Below, in pieces: positions 59,825 to 64,000 of a DNA stretch of 64,000 bases. This DNA comes from Paraspadella gotoi (Eukaryota > Animalia > Chaetognatha): assembly GCA_051294375.1 (NCBI GenBank), contig CM119268.1, forward strand, positions 554,415 to 618,414, read 5' to 3'. The translations under genes and the position numbers were made by a program. Position 1 is the first letter of the stretch, and every line of letters starts with the position of its first letter. A model generated the notes under the pieces. The model was given only the letters and a program-made list of their open reading frames with translations. It ran no database searches and was not told where the DNA came from.

Positions 59825-59940
59825 TCTCTTGACCAAATCAAGCAGGTGGATTCACTCTCGACCAATCAGAGAGGTGGCTTCTCTCTCGACCAATCAGAGA
59901 GGTGGATTCACTCTCGACCAATCAGAGAGGTGGCTTCCCT
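59825..59940. repeat. ~28-bp repeat (4 units) with CCAAT boxes upstream of the FRRS1-like start
   Basis: CTCTCGACCAATCAGAGAGGTGG(A/C)TTC units ~0.85 kb 5' of the ATG at 59001. Confidence 0.55.
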
Positions 59941-60769
59941 CACGGAATCGACGAGAGAGAGATGAGAGAAGAAACGGGGCAGTCTTCAACTTACCCTAAA
60001 AAAACTAACATCAAAATTCCCAAGTTTATGAACTATTTACTTTGTATTTTAAACCATCGTTTTAATCATCATAATCTCCCTCAATTATTATTATCTCTGC
60101 CTTTATTTGTGTAAAATAAAACTACTATAAATTATCCGCAATAACCCAGGCCTACTTCCTTCATGATGTAATCCTAGGGAAATATACGTGAAATTAAAGT
60201 CACTGCGGCGCAACACATTGGCATCACCGTTCTTCTTTTCCCTTTTTTTTTCTTCTTTTACCAAATTTTTCGCATTTTTTCTCTCTAACATTTCCCGCCG
60301 GTTTTGTCCAGTCGTTTTTGTTGTTGTTGCTGTTGTTGTTGTTGTTGCGTGAGACCGAATCCGTTGTTATCTTTCTTCTTTTTTATTCTCTGGATTTTCT
60401 TTCTTCTTTCAAATTTTCATTTTCATTTGTTTGTAATTTTTTTTCTTTTTATTTAGTAGTTTTTCTTTTTTTTTTACTACATTTTTTAAAAATCTTTTTT
60501 TTTTTTGAAAAACCTGCGAAGGAATTGGGAAAGATTATATTATCAGGTTACAGATTTCGTCAATAGAATTGTCCCTCAAACGAATTTGCAATTTACCTAC
60601 AAAAGGTTTCGTAATTTAACAGAAGAAAAAAAAACATTAAAAGAATTAAGCGTCGTGTTGTCTTTAATTTCATTTAAGTTGTTTCTTTTCTCTATGAACA
60701 TTCTTTCCCAAAAAGTCAATACATTCGTTCCTCTGAGAATCAGTTGTGTTTTAGATTTAGCTTCAAAAA

Positions 60770-61035
60770 AAACCGCTAATCTCTTTTTTTAAATCGAATA
60801 AAACACGCTAATCTCTTTTTTTAAATCAAATAAAACCCGCTAATCTCTTTTTTTTAAATCAAATAAAACCCGCTAATCTCTTTTTTTAAATCGAATAAAA
60901 CCCGCTAATCTCTTTTTTTAAATCGAATAAAACCCGCTAATCTCTTTTTTTAAATCGAATAAAACCCGATAATTTCCTTGAACATTAATTACAATAAAAA
61001 CCCGCCAATCTCTCTTTTTTTAAACCGAATAAAAC
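60770..61035. repeat. ~31-bp minisatellite, ~8 units, just past the QPCT-like stop codon
   Basis: Unit AAACCCGCTAATCTCTTTTTTTAAATCGAATA. Confidence 0.85.
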
Positions 61036-61059
61036 ATTAAACTCCTGCTAAAATCGTAT

Positions 61060-63847
61060 TCAAACTTCCAATCCCAAATATTCGGCGACGAACGCCGCCA
61101 GGACCACGCCCACGTCGTGAATAGTGGCGCCATCCAGGTTGGCGCCATCGTCGGCGAGACGATGCCACGTGACCGGAAATGGCGTCGGGATTAAATGAAG
61201 GACACGAACGTCGCGTTGGAGAAAAGGAAGATGATCGTCGGAGATGCCAGGTGGCGCTGGGATACATTAGTAACAAGAAGAATAATTTATAGAGTAGGGG
61301 TGGAGTGATGAAAGATTGAGCATTTAACAAATTTTTTTTGCTGCTTGTAATGTGTATTTATGAAATTGATAAATATATTTAAGTGTATATTTGGTGTATG
61401 TTTCGGAAGAGTGCCTGATAAGCTTTTGATGGGTAAGGGAAGGAGGGAAGGGAGTTATTGAGTTGTGTGCCGGGGTATTATTAGAAAGGGGAGTAGGCGT
61501 CCCACCTTTGAAATTAAATGGAAAGCTAGCTGGAAGGAAGTGTTTACTAAAAAGCATAGGAGATAAAAAGTTTTAAATTCAAGACTTATGTAGAAAGAAA
61601 ACCTATATTTTACGCATAAACATTAAAATTTTTTATATAGTTAAAATATAAGTTTTTTGAGTGGTTAAAGATTTTTGAAGGAGATAGTAAGCTATTATAG
61701 CAATATAGCCTACTCGAGCGAAAATTGAAGAACAATAAAAGATTAATTATTTTTTTTTACAAATTTAAATGTCTTTGGTGGTATGTCTTTCCTATTTGAC
61801 ATTTAAAATTTGTCATATGTAGTAGAGTAGAAGGCCACGTTAGCTAAATCCACTGACATGAAGTAAAAATTAATGATATGTGATCTACCCTACCTACAAT
61901 TCTTCACCTTCGTCTCTCAACTTTGTATTATTATTTTTTGCGTTTTCTACACTACATAGCCATTAAGAAGGATATTATCATACCAATATAACACAAAATT
62001 CCATTGGTTTTGAAAGAGAAAGGAATTATTAAAGAGTGGTTTAGAAAAATGCTTAAAATGCGCTGGTCCGAACATGTTGGTATCGAACTCGTATCGGGGT
62101 CGAAAAAAACTCAAGTCTCTCAGGAAAAGGCAGAACATTTTTTATATCATAAAGTTGATGATTCGGTTCTTACCCACATGTTCTTCTCCAGGACGCAAAA
62201 GTATTAACTAGGAGAAACAACCCTTAGACTTTATGTTATTACCGCTGACCTTCTTTAGATGCAGGAGCTATAACACTATATATCAAATAATTGATATGTT
62301 CAGGTTCCCAGGTCTCGCGAGACACCTATGAATAATATTGAGTCAGTATATTCTTCAATTCCTGAGCGAAAATCTCCTTGTGAGTCAGATGGCGTTCGTC
62401 GTCGTCGGTCGTCGTCGTCCGTTGTTTTTGTTACGTCGGACGCTTCATTAATAGAAGGTAAAATAAATAATGGAAAGTTAAAAGAGTGATCGTTTTATTA
62501 AATTACTAAATTTGTTAATATTGCGAGACGCTTGATTGGAAATTAAATAATATCGTTTTATACCATATACAATAAATTAACAATATAGTCGTGCCTAACC
62601 TGAAAGTCTCTGCATCCTTACCAGCTTGTCAGTCCTCTTTATCTTCATCTGTTTTTCCGATTCCTCGCTATATTCGTTGGAAGAAGAGAAGACGTTGAGG
62701 AGAAAAAAGGTCTCTGTTAAAAAGGAGAATGGAAGCAAATGACAATATTACTCTTAATAATTGTATAAAGTATTAAACATATTATTAACTGGAAACCAAG
62801 TTGAGATTAGATCGTTTTTATTCTTTGTCTATTTTTCAATAAAAATGGCAGGCTAAATCTAAAATAACCTTCAAAAGATATTTATTTATAAGTAAATGTA
62901 AGCGATCAATCTAAATTAAATAGATACAAATGAATAATTATATTTGTTACTTAAATGAAGATATGTTATACGTTAAAGTGTCGTTTTAAAAAAATTATAN
63001 NNNNNNNNNNNNNNNNNNNNNNNNGATTGGGGTCTACAATTCAAGGGGGAGGGAAGGAGGGGGAGCAGCGGCCGAGAGAGAGGGGGAGAGGCAGGAAGGG
63101 AAGAAGAAGAGGGAGAGCTAGAAAGGAGGGAAGGGGGAGGAGGGGAGAGGTGAGAGGGGGGAGAGAGAAGCGAGAAGAAAGAAGGAGGGAGGAGAGGGGG
63201 AGGGGGAAGGAAGGGGACACCGAGGTTAGGGAGGGAGGATGGAGGGAGAGAAGAGAGGGAGGGGGAGAGGGAAAGAACGGGAGAATGGGAGAGGGAGGAG
63301 AGAAATGGGGAGCAAGAAGGAGAGAGGGAGGGAGGGAGAAGGAGGGATGATAGGGTGGAGCAGTATGTGGAAGGGCAGGGAGGGGAGAGGGGAAAGAAGA
63401 AGAGAAGAGCAGGGAGGTGAGCGGAAGGGGCAGGAGAGGGGGGGAAACGAAGGTAGGGGAGGGAGAAGAGGGAGAGAGGGAGGGAGGTAGGAAGAAAGAA
63501 GGGAGAGAGGAGGGGAGAGGAGAGGGAGGGAGAGGACAGGAAAGGAGGGAGAGAGAGGAGAGAGGGGGACGGAAAGAAGAAAAAGAGGAGGGACAAATAC
63601 AGTGAAATAGGTAATCTTAAAAAGATTTTCATAGCAAATTCTAGAAAAGCACATCCAGCACAGCCTGCGGAAGAAGCTGCAGATGCAGGAATAACTGCAG
63701 AAGAAGCAGGAACTGCATAAGAAGCTGCACTCGCAGCAGGAACTGCAGATTGAACTGCAGATGTAGGAGAATCAAACCTGAAGATCGGTTGTCGTTCGCC
63801 GATGAGATCGAGCAGAACTAAGACATCGATTGCGTCAAGACGAGACG

Positions 63848-63881
<34 letters not shown>

Positions 63882-63960
63882 ACTGACTGCAATCAATGGA
63901 CGCGCTGGACGACAACTGACGGAAATGGAGTCGAAGCCATAGTGAAGCGGAGATGACGGA
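61060..63960 (-). CDS. QPCT: Glutaminyl-peptide cyclotransferase-like (QPCT/QPCTL), 3' exons
   Basis: Exon ending at 63778 encodes RHL..MASTPFP (frameshifted, noisy) and RLDAIDVLVLLDLIG; last exon 61060-61256 encodes ISDDHLPFLQRDVRVLHLIPTPFPVTWHRLADDGANLD..FVAEYLGLEV*; QPCT vs QPCTL not resolved. Confidence 0.85.
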
Positions 63961-64000
63961 CGTCGGGTAGCTTTGAGCGGGGAAACCAGGGGGATGGGGG

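Noticed and set aside
60103-60370. Possible extra minus-strand exon (K/E/N-rich)
   Set aside because: No recognisable homology or consistent splice partners visible

Overview
AT-rich, intron-rich animal (probably invertebrate) genomic window with gaps and several noisy, apparently uncorrected long-read segments. Most ORF-track entries are microsatellite artefacts, so genes were rebuilt by hand from spliced exons. Genes: the 3' end of one TTLL3/TTLL8-type tubulin glycylase and a tandem second paralogue (+, ~6.2-17.9 kb); a D-2-hydroxyacid dehydrogenase/glyoxylate reductase (+, to 28.4 kb); an ABHD12-like hydrolase with a six-exon C-terminal extension (-, 29.6-36.6 kb); a Reeler-mucin-DOMON-cytochrome b561 FRRS1-like gene (-, 37.4-59.0 kb); and the 3' part of a glutaminyl cyclase (-, 61-64 kb). 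Main oddities: (1) about 50 tandem 139-bp tRNA-Ala(AGC) units fill one FRRS1-like intron, with edge copies carrying TGC and AAC anticodons, inside a fold-back inverted duplication; (2) exon-intron junctions are repeatedly amplified into tandem arrays of splice sites in three different genes, some units being Y-rich-CAG|GT ratchet-like motifs; (3) a TA-flanked TIR element sits inside an apparently coding TTLL exon and may have been intronised; (4) (GA)n tracts tend to follow donors and (CT)n tracts precede acceptors.
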